The notes: a model not told the origin generated them from the sequence alone. A stretch of DNA of 64,000 nt from Bacteroidaceae bacterium (GCA_017532725.1 JAFXIZ010000016.1:43317-107316), one strand, 5' to 3'; shown: positions 1 through 9,884, counted from the stretch's first letter. Program-made: numbers and translations.

Positions 1-1616
1 TGGTAAGCACCTACAAGGAATACACCTATATAATAAGGCTCTTTGCCTACGCTGTGTACAGGGAGTGATGTCGATGCTCCGTTGCTCGATATGAAGTTGG
101 CTATCTTACCGTCCGAGTCGCAAGTAATGTCTTGCAACGTAGCCGTACGGTCGGGGCGTTCATCGAGGCGGCCTATAGGCATAATGGGGAACACTTGGTC
201 GATAGCCCACGAGTCGGGCAACGATTGGAAGAGTGAGAAGTTACAGAAGTACTTATCGGGCAACATACGTTGTATCTTGCGCAACTCTTCGGGTGCGTGT
301 TTCATATCCATTGCCATCTGGTTTACCTCGCGTGCAATAGACCAGAACAACTTTTCGATAATGGCGCGTGTGTTGAGGTCGAGCAGTCCGAGGCTGAAAA
401 GGTCGAGTGCCTCTTCGCGTATCTGTAGTGCGTCGTGCCAACTTTCGAGCAGGCGAGGCGTGTTCATATTGTCCCATATATCGTAAAGTTCGCGAGCCAA
501 TTCGTGTGCATCCTCGGCAAGTTTCTCTTTGTCATCCCAAATAGGGAGCGATGTCGTTTCGAGTGCTTCGAATATGAGTACCGAGTGATGAGCCGTAAGT
601 GATCGACCACTCTCGGTTATGATATTGGGCTGGGGTAGATTGTTCTTAGTACAAACATCGACCAATGTCGATACCGAGTCGTTGACATACTCTTGTATTG
701 AGTAATTCATACTGCTCTCGCTCGACGATGAACGTGTGCCGTCGTAGTCCACACCGAGTCCACCACCTATATCAACAAACTCGATGTTGAAGCCCATCTG
801 TTGCAACTGTACATAGAATTGTGATGCCTCGCGCAAGGCGTTTTTGATGCGGCGTATCTTGGTGATTTGGCTACCGATGTGGAAATGAATAAAGCGCAAG
901 CAGTCGGTCATCTTGCGTGAACGCAAGAAGTCGAGTGCCTCAAGCAACTCGCTTGAGTTAAGACCGAATTTACTACCGTCGCCACCCGATTCTTCCCACT
1001 TACCACTGCCGGCACTTGCAAGTTTGATGCGAATACCTATATTGGGTTGTACTTTAAATCGTTTGGCTATTTCGGCAATGTTTTTCAACTCATTGAGTTT
1101 CTCAACAACGAGGAATATGCGACGACCCATCTTTTGAGCCAATAATGCCAATTCGATATAGGCTTCGTCTTTATAGCCGTTGCAGATGATGAGTGAGTTC
1201 TTGTCGGTGTTGATGGCCAATACAGCGTGCAACTCGGGCTTAGAGCCGGCTTCAAGACCTATGTTAAACTTTTTACCGTGACTTACTATCTCCTCAACAA
1301 CGGGTCGCATCTGATTGACCTTGATGGGGTAGATAATAAAGTTTTGAGCATTGTAACCATACTCTTCGGCTGCTTGTCTGAAGCAGTTTGAAATCTTCTC
1401 GATACGATTGTCGAGAATATCAGGGAAGCGAACAAGTACAGGTGCTGTCACATCGCGTAACTGCAACTCGTCCATCAATTCGCGTAGGTCAACCGAGGCG
1501 TAACCTTCGCGAGGCGTAACTTGGGCGTGACCTTTTTCATTAATCGAAAAATACTTCAAGCCCCAACCGTTAATGTTGTAAAGTTCGGCAGAGTCATCTA
1601 TGCGCCATCTTCTCAT
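1..1616 (-). CDS. speA: biosynthetic arginine decarboxylase, C-terminal part lost beyond the left window edge
   Basis: Absent from the ORF track because it runs off the edge. My translation of the minus strand from ATG (CAT 1614-1616) reads MRRWRIDDSAELYNINGWGLKYFSINEKGH...IIYPIKVNQMRPVVEEI...FIHFHIGSQI...FVDIGGGLGVDYDG... and stays open to position 1. It has PLP-lysine (PIKVN), HIGSQ and GGGLGVDY motifs of the Orn/Lys/Arg decarboxylase family. Track ORFs 43-486(+), 253-477(-) and 913-1137(+) lie inside it and are shadows. Confidence 0.9.
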   Translation of the reverse strand, partial: MRRWRIDDSAELYNINGWGLKYFSINEKGHAQVTPREGYASVDLRELMDELQLRDVTAPVLVRFPDILDNRIEKISNCFRQAAEEYGYNAQNFIIYPIKVNQMRPVVEEIVSHGKKFNIGLEAGSKPELHAVLAINTDKNSLIICNGYKDEAYIELALLAQKMGRRIFLVVEKLNELKNIAEIAKRFKVQPNIGIRIKLASAGSGKWEESGGDGSKFGLNSSELLEALDFLRSRKMTDCLRFIHFHIGSQITKIRRIKNALREASQFYVQLQQMGFNIEFVDIGGGLGVDYDGTRSSSSESSMNYSIQEYVNDSVSTLVDVCTKNNLPQPNIITESGRSLTAHHSVLIFEALETTSLPIWDDKEKLAEDAHELARELYDIWDNMNTPRLLESWHDALQIREEALDLFSLGLLDLNTRAIIEKLFWSIAREVNQMAMDMKHAPEELRKIQRMLPDKYFCNFSLFQSLPDSWAIDQVFPIMPIGRLDERPDRTATLQDITCDSDGKIANFISSNGASTSLPVHSVGKEPYYIGVFLVGAY

Positions 1617-1860
1617 TTCGTTATAATGCCTATTTATGGTTAGTAAATATATATTTATACATAAATCGTGCAAAAATACGCAATAAAAATTAAAAACAAG
1701 GCGATATGTCGCAGAAAGTTGCAATTGCCTCGCAGATATCCCCGTATATATCTCGGAATATCCTTATTGTCCCTTTATAACGATGCGTGAAACGGATGTT
1801 CCCGGCTCGCTAACAATTTTTACGAAGTATGTGTTTGATGATTATGACGTACGATTGGTG

Positions 1861-2421
1861 TTATGCAAAGAACAGATGCTCTATACATATCTTCAATCCG
1901 ATGAGAATGAGTATGATACCTCCTAATATGCCGGCGCCTTTTTTCATATAAGTGCCTACTTTCTTGCCTATGTATATGCCGGCTATTGAGAATACAAACG
2001 TTGTGATGCCTATCACCAAGGCCGATTGCAACATATCGACATTGAGAAACGATAGCGATATACCCACGGACATTGCATCGATGCTGGTGGCAAGTCCCAT
2101 ACTCATTGCTGTGCGTGTGCAGCAGGGGTCGAAGCACGCTTGCTCCTCGTTTTGCAGTGCCTCGTATATCATCCGGCCTCCCAGATAGGTAAGCAAGGCA
2201 AGTGCTATCCAATGGTCGATAGAGGTGATATAGTTGCGAAATCCTACACCCAACAGCCAACCGATGACAGGCATAAGGCCTTGAAATGCTGCCATAATGA
2301 AGGCAAATTTGCAGGCTCGCTTGGCGTTAAATGGTTTCATCAGTACGCCACTTGTCAGCGATACGGCGAAACTATCCATACTCAACCCGATAGCGAGAAC
2401 AATGAGTGAGAAGAGTGTCAT
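1861..2421 (-). CDS. mntP: manganese efflux pump MntP
   Basis: Track ORF 1861-2514 trimmed to the internal ATG (CAT 2419-2421), giving MTLFSLIVLAIGLSMDSFAVS... It has the two DUF204/MntP half-repeats (LSMDSFAVS and TSIDAMSVG), is multi-TM and is 186 aa. The 31 extra upstream codons read through a terminator hairpin. Confidence 0.8.
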   Translation of the reverse strand: MTLFSLIVLAIGLSMDSFAVSLTSGVLMKPFNAKRACKFAFIMAAFQGLMPVIGWLLGVGFRNYITSIDHWIALALLTYLGGRMIYEALQNEEQACFDPCCTRTAMSMGLATSIDAMSVGISLSFLNVDMLQSALVIGITTFVFSIAGIYIGKKVGTYMKKGAGILGGIILILIGLKICIEHLFFA

Positions 2422-2450
2422 AGTGCTATTTGCTATAGTTCGATTTTCAA

Positions 2451-2492
2451 ATAAAAAACGGGAGAACTCGGCTCTTGGAGCCTTGTCTCCCG
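2451..2492 (-). terminator. intrinsic terminator-like hairpin plus U-run between the ABC transporter gene and mntP
   Basis: The minus strand reads CGGGAGA-caaGGCTCcaaGAGCCgagt-TCTCCCG followed by TTTTTTAT. It lies about 100 nt after the ABC stop (2595) and about 30 nt before the mntP ATG. Confidence 0.5.
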
Positions 2493-2594
2493 TCATCACA
2501 CACACATAACACACATACTTATAACCATTGAGGTGTTATAAAGTTCATCGGTGTGCCACATTTTTTTATTGTGGGTGTGATGAAGGGTGTTTCC

Positions 2595-4424
2595 TTAAAA
2601 CTTCTGCATATCGACAAGGTGCTTGTAATAGCCGTTCATTGCTATCAACTCGTCGTGCTTGCCTCGTTCCACAATCTCGCCGTCGCGCATCACGCAGATG
2701 AGGTCGGCATCCTTGATGGTCGATAAACGGTGAGCCACCACCAGCGTCGTACGGTTTTGCATAAGATTTTCGAGAGCCTCTTGTACAAGACGTTCCGACT
2801 CGGTGTCGAGTGCCGATGTTGCTTCGTCGAGGATAAGAATCGGTGGATTTTTCAATATGGCGCGTGCTATACTGATGCGTTGCCTTTGACCTCCCGACAA
2901 GCGACAGCCTCGGTCGCCTATATTGGTGTCGTAGCCATTCTCGGTTTCCATTATGAAATCGTGGGCGTTGGCTATGCGTGCTGCCTCTATCACTTGTTCG
3001 GGGGTGGCATCGCTCACACCGAATGTTATGTTGTTGTAGAATGAGTCGTTAAATAGTATGGCCTCTTGGTTTACGTTACCCATCAACTCGCGCAGGTCGT
3101 GTACCTTGATGTCTTTGATGTTTACGCCGTCAATGTATATACCACCCTCGTTTACATCGTAGAAGCGTGGCAACAAGTCGGCCATAGTGGTTTTGCCCGA
3201 GCCCGATTGTCCTACAAGTGCCACTGTTTCGCCTCGCTTGATGTTGAGAGTTACATTCTTTATCACATAATCGTTTTTATACTTGAATGAAACATTGCGA
3301 TACTCGATGCCTTGTTTCATATCGGGCATCTCAACAGGATTTTGAGGGTCTTGTATGGGGTTGGGGGTAGAGAGTAGTTTATCGACACGCTCCATAGCAG
3401 CCAATCCTTGTTGTATCGAGTACATACCCTTTGACAAGTCTTTGGCAGGGTTGATGATACTGTAAAAGACAACGAGGAAGTAGATAAATTGAGCGGCATC
3501 GATGTGGCTGTTGCCCGACAAAATGAGGCTGCCACCAAACCACAATACAATGGCTATGGCTGTCGTTCCTAAAAACTCGCTCATAGGGTGTGCCAACGAT
3601 TGACGACGCGATAGGCGAGTGGAAAATTTGTATAGTTTGTTATTGAGTGCCATAAAGCGAGCCGAAGATTTTTTCTCGGCATTGAACGCCTTGATGATGC
3701 GCATACCACCCAATGTCTCTTCAAGGGTTGATGTCATCATACCCGAGCATTGTTGCAACTCGCGTGAGTTTTGCTTGAGTTTGCGACCTACAACGCCCAT
3801 CAAAGCGCCGGTGAGAGGGAGCAAGATGAGTACGAAGATGGTGAGTTGCCAACTGATGGCAAACATCATTGCCAAGCATACCAATATCATAATGGGATTC
3901 TTGAACAGCATCTCAAGCGAGGTCATAATTGAGTTCTCGACAACGATTGTATCGCCGGTCATACGAGCCATAATATCGCCCTTTCGCTCCGACGAGAAGA
4001 AGCCCATAGGCAGTGTTATCACCTTGTCGTAAACAAAGTTACGAATATCGCGCACCACACCGGCTCGCAAGGGTATGAGGAAGAACGAACTGAAGTATGC
4101 ACTGCCGGTTTTCAGTCCTGTTGCAACAGCAAGGAAAATACCCAACACCAGCAGCGATACGGAGGGGCCGTGCTGCTCTATCAGGGTGGACATAAAGTAG
4201 TAAAAGTTGTTGATGACAACATCCTTAAAGTCGCCCGAGCCCCATTCCATAAAGGTATATGTCTTGGCTTCGCTTATCTTGAATAGCATTTCAAGAATGG
4301 GTATTATCAAGGCAAACGAGAATAGTGTGAGTGCCGATGATAATATGTTGAAGAATATGTTGAGGAATAGGTAATGCTTGTAGGGAGGTACAAAGCGACG
4401 TATTAAAATAAATATATCTTTCAT
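2595..4424 (-). CDS. ABC transporter permease/ATP-binding protein (MsbA-like exporter)
   Basis: The track ORF start at 4448 is a TTG lying inside a promoter box. The first ATG (4422-4424) gives MKDIFILIRRFVPPYKHY... An N-terminal 6-TM exporter domain is followed by Walker A GQSGSGKTT, signature LSGGQRQR, Walker B ILILDEATSALD and H-loop VVAHRLS. Confidence 0.85.
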   Translation of the reverse strand: MKDIFILIRRFVPPYKHYLFLNIFFNILSSALTLFSFALIIPILEMLFKISEAKTYTFMEWGSGDFKDVVINNFYYFMSTLIEQHGPSVSLLVLGIFLAVATGLKTGSAYFSSFFLIPLRAGVVRDIRNFVYDKVITLPMGFFSSERKGDIMARMTGDTIVVENSIMTSLEMLFKNPIMILVCLAMMFAISWQLTIFVLILLPLTGALMGVVGRKLKQNSRELQQCSGMMTSTLEETLGGMRIIKAFNAEKKSSARFMALNNKLYKFSTRLSRRQSLAHPMSEFLGTTAIAIVLWFGGSLILSGNSHIDAAQFIYFLVVFYSIINPAKDLSKGMYSIQQGLAAMERVDKLLSTPNPIQDPQNPVEMPDMKQGIEYRNVSFKYKNDYVIKNVTLNIKRGETVALVGQSGSGKTTMADLLPRFYDVNEGGIYIDGVNIKDIKVHDLRELMGNVNQEAILFNDSFYNNITFGVSDATPEQVIEAARIANAHDFIMETENGYDTNIGDRGCRLSGGQRQRISIARAILKNPPILILDEATSALDTESERLVQEALENLMQNRTTLVVAHRLSTIKDADLICVMRDGEIVERGKHDELIAMNGYYKHLVDMQKF

Positions 4425-4445
4425 ATTGTCTGTTATTTCAGACTG

Positions 4446-4453
4446 CAAAGATA
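4446..4453 (-). promoter_or_regulatory. Bacteroidetes -7 promoter box TATCTTTG (TAnnTTTG)
   Basis: Plus strand CAAAGATA equals minus strand TATCTTTG, 22 nt upstream of the ATG at 4424. Confidence 0.45.
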
Positions 4454-4564
4454 GTATATTTATACTATAACTATAGTTAAATTATGAAAAGATATAGGAT
4501 GCAAAAAGAGTATCACTTACGGCCGTAGCAGCAAGTGATACTCTCTTGTTGTTGTGGATGATAA

Positions 4565-5419
4565 TCAATCTACGATAAAGGCTTGCGATGTGCCATTTAT
4601 CTCATAGTAGTAGATACCCTTGGGATAATTCGATATGTTGAGTTGTATCTGATTACTCTCGGCGGGAGTGCTGAGTTGCTCCATCAATGAGCCTTGCGAG
4701 TTGTAGATGTGTATTGTTTTGCCTCTGTATTCGCTGCTGTAAGGCAGGTTTATAACAGTGTGAGAGGGATTGGGGTAGGGTGTGAATTGCTTGGTGTCTT
4801 TTCGGGGCGCATTGGTGCTATCTACGCCGTCGATGAGATATACATCTGTTGTGTATGTATAATCATCGGAACTACTATTCCGCGATAATCTTTTTACCAC
4901 AAAATAACATTTGTTGTCTATTTGGCAACTATAGAAACCCGTATATGAGCCATTATGGTCGGTTCCATAACCCATGTATCCAAAGTCATAGATGAGTTTA
5001 TCGGATTCGTTAAAAAGGCAAAGTCTCATCATATCATTCTCTCCATACCCTATAACCAAATATTCGGAATTATCATCATTGTTGAAGAGTTTTTTAGTAT
5101 TGTAAACCAAACCCGGATAAAATTCACCGGAGGGTGTGAATACGTGTGTGTTTGTCGATTTTAAAGTAAAGTCGTTGTTGTAAATAGTCTCAGTGTAGGT
5201 ATGGCCGCTACCCCACTTACCCATATAGAAAAGACCTTCCGGTAAGTCTGAGAATCTAAAGTAACTGCCACCATTAGCTGCATCAAGTACATAAGCAGTT
5301 TTCGCACTGAAGTTTACGTGACCATCAAATGTGTGTACCAATTTAATTTGAGCATTTGCACATAGAGTGGCTGATAGCATAGCAATGATTATTGCCAAGG
5401 TGAATAGTGTTTTTTTCAT
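4565..5419 (-). CDS. secreted hypothetical protein with T9SS C-terminal sorting domain
   Basis: Signal peptide MKKTLFTLAIIIAMLSATLCANAQ. The C-terminus YPNPSHTVINLPYSS...IHIYNSQGSLMEQL...NISNYPKGIYYYEINGTSQAFIVD fits the type A CTD pattern (PNP...iydl.G..v...l..G.Y). A minus-strand TATATTTG box lies upstream. Confidence 0.7.
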   Translation of the reverse strand: MKKTLFTLAIIIAMLSATLCANAQIKLVHTFDGHVNFSAKTAYVLDAANGGSYFRFSDLPEGLFYMGKWGSGHTYTETIYNNDFTLKSTNTHVFTPSGEFYPGLVYNTKKLFNNDDNSEYLVIGYGENDMMRLCLFNESDKLIYDFGYMGYGTDHNGSYTGFYSCQIDNKCYFVVKRLSRNSSSDDYTYTTDVYLIDGVDSTNAPRKDTKQFTPYPNPSHTVINLPYSSEYRGKTIHIYNSQGSLMEQLSTPAESNQIQLNISNYPKGIYYYEINGTSQAFIVD

Positions 5420-5678
5420 ATTGTTTGAGTTTTAGGATTATGTTGCAAATATAGTAAAGACATCCTCTATTTACCCCCCAATTGTTAAATAAATATAAAT
5501 CTACTCTGACGCGTTAATTTTCTTAGTGAGAATTGAATGTAATACATCCATTGCCGAAGGATGGGATTTTTTTAAGGCTCATTTTATAAAGTGAAAAAAA
5601 TTTTTTAATCGCGATTAAACTTTTTCGTTTTGTTATAGTCATAGTGAAGATTTAAACCTATGTAGGTAACAAAACCGT

Positions 5679-8470
5679 ATGAAAAATAGATTCTATATAT
5701 TACTCCTGCTCGTAGGAGTGCTGATTCCGTTTGTGTCGCAGGCACAGCGAGTTACGATACGAGGCGTGGTGCGCGATGCTATAGACCGTGAGGCTTTGCC
5801 TCGCGTGAGTGTGCGACTGCTCACTGCCAAGGATAGTACTTATGTAACCGGTACAACCGGCGATAATAATGGTAATTTCACGTTGCAACCGGTGGCGCAA
5901 GGTAGGTACATTGCGCAATTCTCTTTCTTGGGATATCAAACCCAATGTGTCAATGTTACACCCGAGAAGGGACGTACTCGCTACGATATGGGCGAGATAC
6001 TGTTGAGTACGGGCGATATACTCTTGGCAGAGGCTACTGTTGTGGGCAAAGCCCCCGAGGTGGTGGTGAAAGAGGATACTGTGGAGTTCAATGCCGATTC
6101 GTACAAGACGCAGCCGAGTGCAGTGGTAGAAGATTTGCTCAAGCGACTGCCCGGTGTTGAGGTTGACGAGACGGGTAAGATTACTGCCAATGGCAAAGAG
6201 GTGACAAAAATCTTGTTGGATGGTAAGGAATTCTTCTCGGACGATCCCAAGGTGGCATCGAAAAACATTCCTGTCGAAATGGTGCAAAAGTTGCAGGTCG
6301 TTGACCGCAAGAGCGACTTGGCGCGTATTACCGGCGTGGATGATGGTGAGGAGGAGACTGTGATAAACCTCACAATCAAGCCGGGTATGAATCAGGGCTG
6401 GTTTGGCGAGATACAAGGTGGATATGGTTATCGACTGCTCAATAACCCCGACGGTGCAAGTCCTCATCGTTATCAAGGTGGTGCTATGGTCAACTATATT
6501 AAGGATGATGACCAATTTACGCTTATTGCCAACTCGAACAACGTAAACAGTATGGGCTTTACCGACCAAGGTCAAGGTCGTTTCCGTCGTTGGGGTGGTA
6601 ATAACGGTATCGCAACATCGCACAGTTTGGGTGTAAACTTTAATGTGGGAAATAAAGAGATATTTCGCGTAGGTGGTGATGTAATGTATTCGTACAACGA
6701 TCGCGATACGCGCAAGCGTAGTGACCGTCAAGACTTCTTCAGCGATAGTACGGCCTACAGTGACAACAAGTCCGATTCGCGCGACATCGGTCAGCAGATT
6801 AATGCTCGTTTCCGCATACAGTGGAATCCCGATTCGCTCAATACCTTTGAGTTCCGTCCTCGCTTATCGCTCAATATCAACGATTCGCGTAGGAGTGAGT
6901 GGTCAAATGCCTTTGCCGGCGATGCCAACCGTACAGCCGTCAATAGCAGTTTTAACTCCAATGATAGTCACGGCGTAAGTGTCGATGCCTCGGGTGAGTT
7001 GATATACAACCGTCAGTTGACCTCCAAACCCGGTCGTTCTATCAGTGTTCACGCGCGATACAACTTCAGCAATACACGCGAAACTGAACAAGCCTCGATA
7101 GAACAATGTATTACTTGTTGCGCGATACCAGCGAGTTGGCGCAGGAGAGCGATGACCATTCGTGGAGCAATGGCTATTCGGCACGACTTACCTATACCGA
7201 GCCTATAGGCAAGCCCGAGAAGGGTATGTTCCTGACATTTGCTTTGCGCAGTCAAGGTAACTTCCGCGATGCCGATAAATATACCTATACGGCCGATGAA
7301 GAGGGCATATATCCCACAACCCCCGATACGGCCTATAGTAATGTGTTCCGAAATGTGAATATCACCAATAGCGCACAAATAGGTTTCCGTCACGTTACGC
7401 GTAGCCTTAACTATAATGTGGGACTGTCGTTTGAGCCTACTACAACATCGTCGCAAGACTTGCTTAAGCCCCAAAACAACATTCCCACCTATACCGTATA
7501 TAATTGGGCACCGTTCTTGTGGTTGACTTATAAGGTTGACAAGCAAACCTCTTTGCGTGTATTCTACAACGGACGCACCGAGCAGCCTACCATTGCACAG
7601 ATGCAACCTGTACCCGATATATCCAACCCCTTGAATATCGTAGTGGGTAACCCCGACTTGGATCCTTCGTTTACACACCGTCTGCGTGTGCGTTTCAGCG
7701 ATTATGACACCAATACGCAACGTTCTATAATGGCTCACTTGCGTGCCAACTATACGATGAACAGTATTATATCGGCAACAGAATTTGATAATCAGACCGG
7801 TGGTCGTGTCACTACATACGAGAATGTCGATGGCGTGTGGAATGTGAATGGTATGTTTATGATTACCTTGCCCTTCCGCGACAAGCGTTGGCAGTTCAAT
7901 AACTTTACCCGTCTGGGCGTGAGCAGCAGCGTGGGTAAGAACAATGGCGAGTTGAACCGAGCCAACCAATTCACTGCCGGCGAGAGCCTTTCGTTGGCGT
8001 TCCGCAGTACCTATTTCGATACCGAATTGCGTGGAAGATACAATCTTCAATATCTTACCAATACCGTACAGACCGGCAATAACCGTACCATTCACAGTTA
8101 TGGTGGAACATATAGTTTTACGGTCAATCTGCCCTTTGGCTTGTCGTTGGGTAGTGACATAAGTTATACCGGCAATCAAGGTTACTCCGACGGCTATAAT
8201 GAGGAGGTGTGGATGTGGAATGCGCAAATATCATACTCGTTCCTCAAAGGCAAGAATGCAACAATAATACTTAAGGGAGTTGACTTACTCGATATGTCGA
8301 GCAACATACAACGTACCGTTACCGGTAACTATATGGAGGATGTCGATTATAACACCTTGGGTCGTTACTGTATGTTATCGTTCAGTTACCGATTCAATAC
8401 CTTCGGCAAGGATCGCCCCCAAATGCGTAACCAATACGGCCCCGGATTTGGCCCTCCTCCCGGACGTTGA
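5679..8470 (+). pseudogene. outer-membrane beta-barrel protein (CarboxypepD_reg-like N-domain plus TonB-dependent-receptor-like barrel), reading frame broken once
   Basis: Track ORFs 5679-7208 and 7106-8470 are consecutive halves of one protein in different frames. The N-half has signal peptide MKNRFYILLLLVGVLIPFVSQAQ, RVTIRGVVRD...GNFTL (CarboxypepD_reg) and a plug-like DLLKRLPGVEVDETGKITANGKEVTKILLDGKEF. The C-half is a beta-strand-rich barrel ending SFSYRFNTFG. The second frame is open from 7088, so the shift lies within 7088-7110. Confidence 0.7.
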
Positions 8471-8501
8471 TGATAAAAAAGTTGTAATAGATGATAGAAC
8501 A

Positions 8502-8545
8502 AGTGGAAGTACTCTTATTGTAAAGGTAACTTCCACTTTTTTATT
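8502..8545 (+). terminator. intrinsic terminator after the outer-membrane gene
   Basis: AGTGGAAGT (8502-8510) pairs with ACTTCCACT (8529-8537), followed by TTTTTTATTTATT. Confidence 0.6.
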
Positions 8546-8597
8546 TATTGTTTCGCAAAAAACGAGGTGTAATGTTTTGCTATTTGTAAAGTTTATG

Positions 8598-8605
8598 TAC
8601 CTTTG
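8598..8605 (+). promoter_or_regulatory. -7 promoter box TACCTTTG for tRNA-Pro
   Basis: Matches TAnnTTTG, 17 nt upstream of the tRNA 5' end. Confidence 0.45.
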
Positions 8606-8622
8606 CAGTCGCTAATCGCACT

Positions 8623-8696
8623 CGGGGTGTAGCACAGTTGGTTAGCGCGCCACGTTCGGGACGTGGAGGTCGGAAGTTCGAGTCTTCTCACCCCGA
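8623..8696 (+). tRNA. tRNA-Pro (anticodon CGG)
   Basis: Cloverleaf read by hand. Acceptor CGGGGTG/CACCCCG with discriminator A. D-arm GCAC-AGTTGGTTA-GCGC. Anticodon stem CCACG/CGTGG with loop TTCGGGA. T-arm GGAAG-TTCGAGT-CTTCT. 74 nt, no encoded CCA. Confidence 0.9.
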
Positions 8697-8700
8697 CAGC

Positions 8701-8741
8701 AACCGTTTTTAAGTTTCGATGCTTAAAGACGGTTTTTTTAT
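8701..8741 (+). terminator. intrinsic terminator after tRNA-Pro
   Basis: AACCGTTTTTAAG pairs with CTTAAAGACGGTT (13 bp, one mismatch), followed by TTTTTTTATTT. Confidence 0.6.
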
Positions 8742-8785
8742 TTATAATGGTATTCTTCTGTTGCTGTATATCGGCAATGTAACCA

Positions 8786-9127
8786 CTATCTCTTCTTGGC
8801 CCACTTGTCGCCGTATGTGGTGGACACAATGGCTATCACTATTATAATGGCCGTGAGTAGCAGAACGATAGGTATAGCCACATTCACGGGTAGGAATGCC
8901 GATGTGCAGAATAGGGGTAGGATGGCAGCAATCGCATAAGTGGTAAGCGACACAACTCGACGTAGGCGCACGATGTCGTACTCGGCTTGCTTCTCCTTGG
9001 GTAGTGTGTTGTAGCCCGATATCAAGGAATCTCCTTTTCCCTGCGCTACATAACGTCCTAACACGATGCACACAATGGAGCATCCGAGTATGATGGGTAT
9101 GTATATAATGATAGCAATAGTATTCAT
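8786..9127 (-). CDS. small membrane protein, DUF3784-like
   Basis: Trimmed to ATG at 9127 (MNTIAIIIYIPIILG...) to avoid overlap with the upstream regulator gene. It has hydrophobic helices flanking the motif LISGYNTLPKEKQAEYD that I associate with DUF3784. Confidence 0.5.
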   Translation of the reverse strand: MNTIAIIIYIPIILGCSIVCIVLGRYVAQGKGDSLISGYNTLPKEKQAEYDIVRLRRVVSLTTYAIAAILPLFCTSAFLPVNVAIPIVLLLTAIIIVIAIVSTTYGDKWAKKR

Positions 9128-9140
9128 TCTTTCGGGGGTA

Positions 9141-9716
9141 TTATTCGCCACGCGCAATGCGACTGCGTATGCGACTCAAGGTTTCTTGTGAGATATTAAG
9201 GTATTGCGAAATGTATTTGAGGGGTATCTGTGCAATGGTGCGTTTGCCTCTCATCTTGATATATTGTTGGTAGCGTGTGTATGCATCGCCTATGCTTGTG
9301 AGGGTGCTGCGCTTCTCGAGGGTGTATAGTTGGTACAATTGGTAATGACTTTGCCAGCGCATAAGGTCGGGATATTCGTCACACAACGCCCAGAAGTCGT
9401 CGAATGATATGCGATATACCTCTACGTCCGATATGGCTTCGAATGATGTTTGAGAGGGTTGACCGTAAACAATCGACGCCAACGAAACAAAGAAGTTGCC
9501 TTCTACGCCAAAGAGTATGGAAGTTTCCTTTTCACCATCTTCGTGCAGGCATCGTATTACGCCATCTATGATGAGGTATAGATACGACGATTTGTTGCCT
9601 TGTTCTATAATGCGAGTGCCTTTGCTGTATTTTACTCGTTCGAGTGATTGCACAAAACGCTCTATCGTAAGGTCTTTTATGGGATAAATGGCTCGCATTG
9701 ATTGTGCTATATCCAT
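9141..9716 (-). CDS. Crp/Fnr family transcriptional regulator
   Basis: Cyclic-nucleotide-binding-like beta-roll (GNKSSYLYLIIDGVIRCLHEDGEKETSILFGVEGNFF) followed by a C-terminal HTH (IPLKYISQYLNISQETLSRIRSRI). 191 aa. Confidence 0.8.
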   Translation of the reverse strand: MDIAQSMRAIYPIKDLTIERFVQSLERVKYSKGTRIIEQGNKSSYLYLIIDGVIRCLHEDGEKETSILFGVEGNFFVSLASIVYGQPSQTSFEAISDVEVYRISFDDFWALCDEYPDLMRWQSHYQLYQLYTLEKRSTLTSIGDAYTRYQQYIKMRGKRTIAQIPLKYISQYLNISQETLSRIRSRIARGE

Positions 9717-9826
9717 TTTTGTGTCTTTTTAGTGTGTAAAACAATAATAATTTTGCCAAAGTTAATAAAAAATGTTTGAATTGTAATATTTTGATATATG
9801 TCAAATCGAAAAATAAATTTATCATT

Positions 9827-9834
9827 TATATTTG
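9827..9834 (+). promoter_or_regulatory. -7 promoter box TATATTTG upstream of the 9920 cargo gene
   Basis: Matches TAnnTTTG, 85 nt upstream of the ATG. A minus-strand TAACTTTG box for the Crp gene lies in the same intergenic region. Confidence 0.4.
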
Positions 9835-9860
9835 CAACTGATATAAAAATAGTATGCTGT

Positions 9861-9884
9861 CAAAGATTTTAGGCTCAATCTTTG
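9861..9884. promoter_or_regulatory. 8-bp inverted repeat CAAAGATT-N8-AATCTTTG in the cargo-gene leader
   Basis: Perfect inverted repeat read directly. It lies between the promoter box and the ATG at 9920. It could be an operator or an RNA hairpin. Confidence 0.3.

Noticed and set aside
43-1137. Track ORFs 43-486(+), 253-477(-) and 913-1137(+)
   Set aside because: All lie inside the much longer minus-strand speA reading frame (1-1616), which has clear decarboxylase motifs. Their translations are low-complexity Ser/Arg-rich.
2422-2594. yybP-ykoY (Mn2+) riboswitch upstream of mntP
   Set aside because: It is expected by context, but I could not find the conserved GGGGAGUAG or UUGACAUA-type elements on the minus strand. 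Only a terminator-like hairpin is present. The open question is kept as a low-interest finding, not as a riboswitch call.
5543-5575. Weak hairpin (CATCC/GGATG) plus T-run in the divergent intergenic region upstream of the outer-membrane gene, as a possible sRNA terminator
   Set aside because: It has only a 5-bp stem with a 10-nt loop and no promoter box upstream on the same strand. That is too weak to call.
5700-8227. Long antisense ORFs 5700-6731(-) and 7049-8227(-) opposite the outer-membrane gene
   Set aside because: Their translations are repetitive and rich in Ile/Thr/His/Arg/Val with no motifs. They mirror the codon periodicity of the sense gene, as is typical of shadow ORFs.
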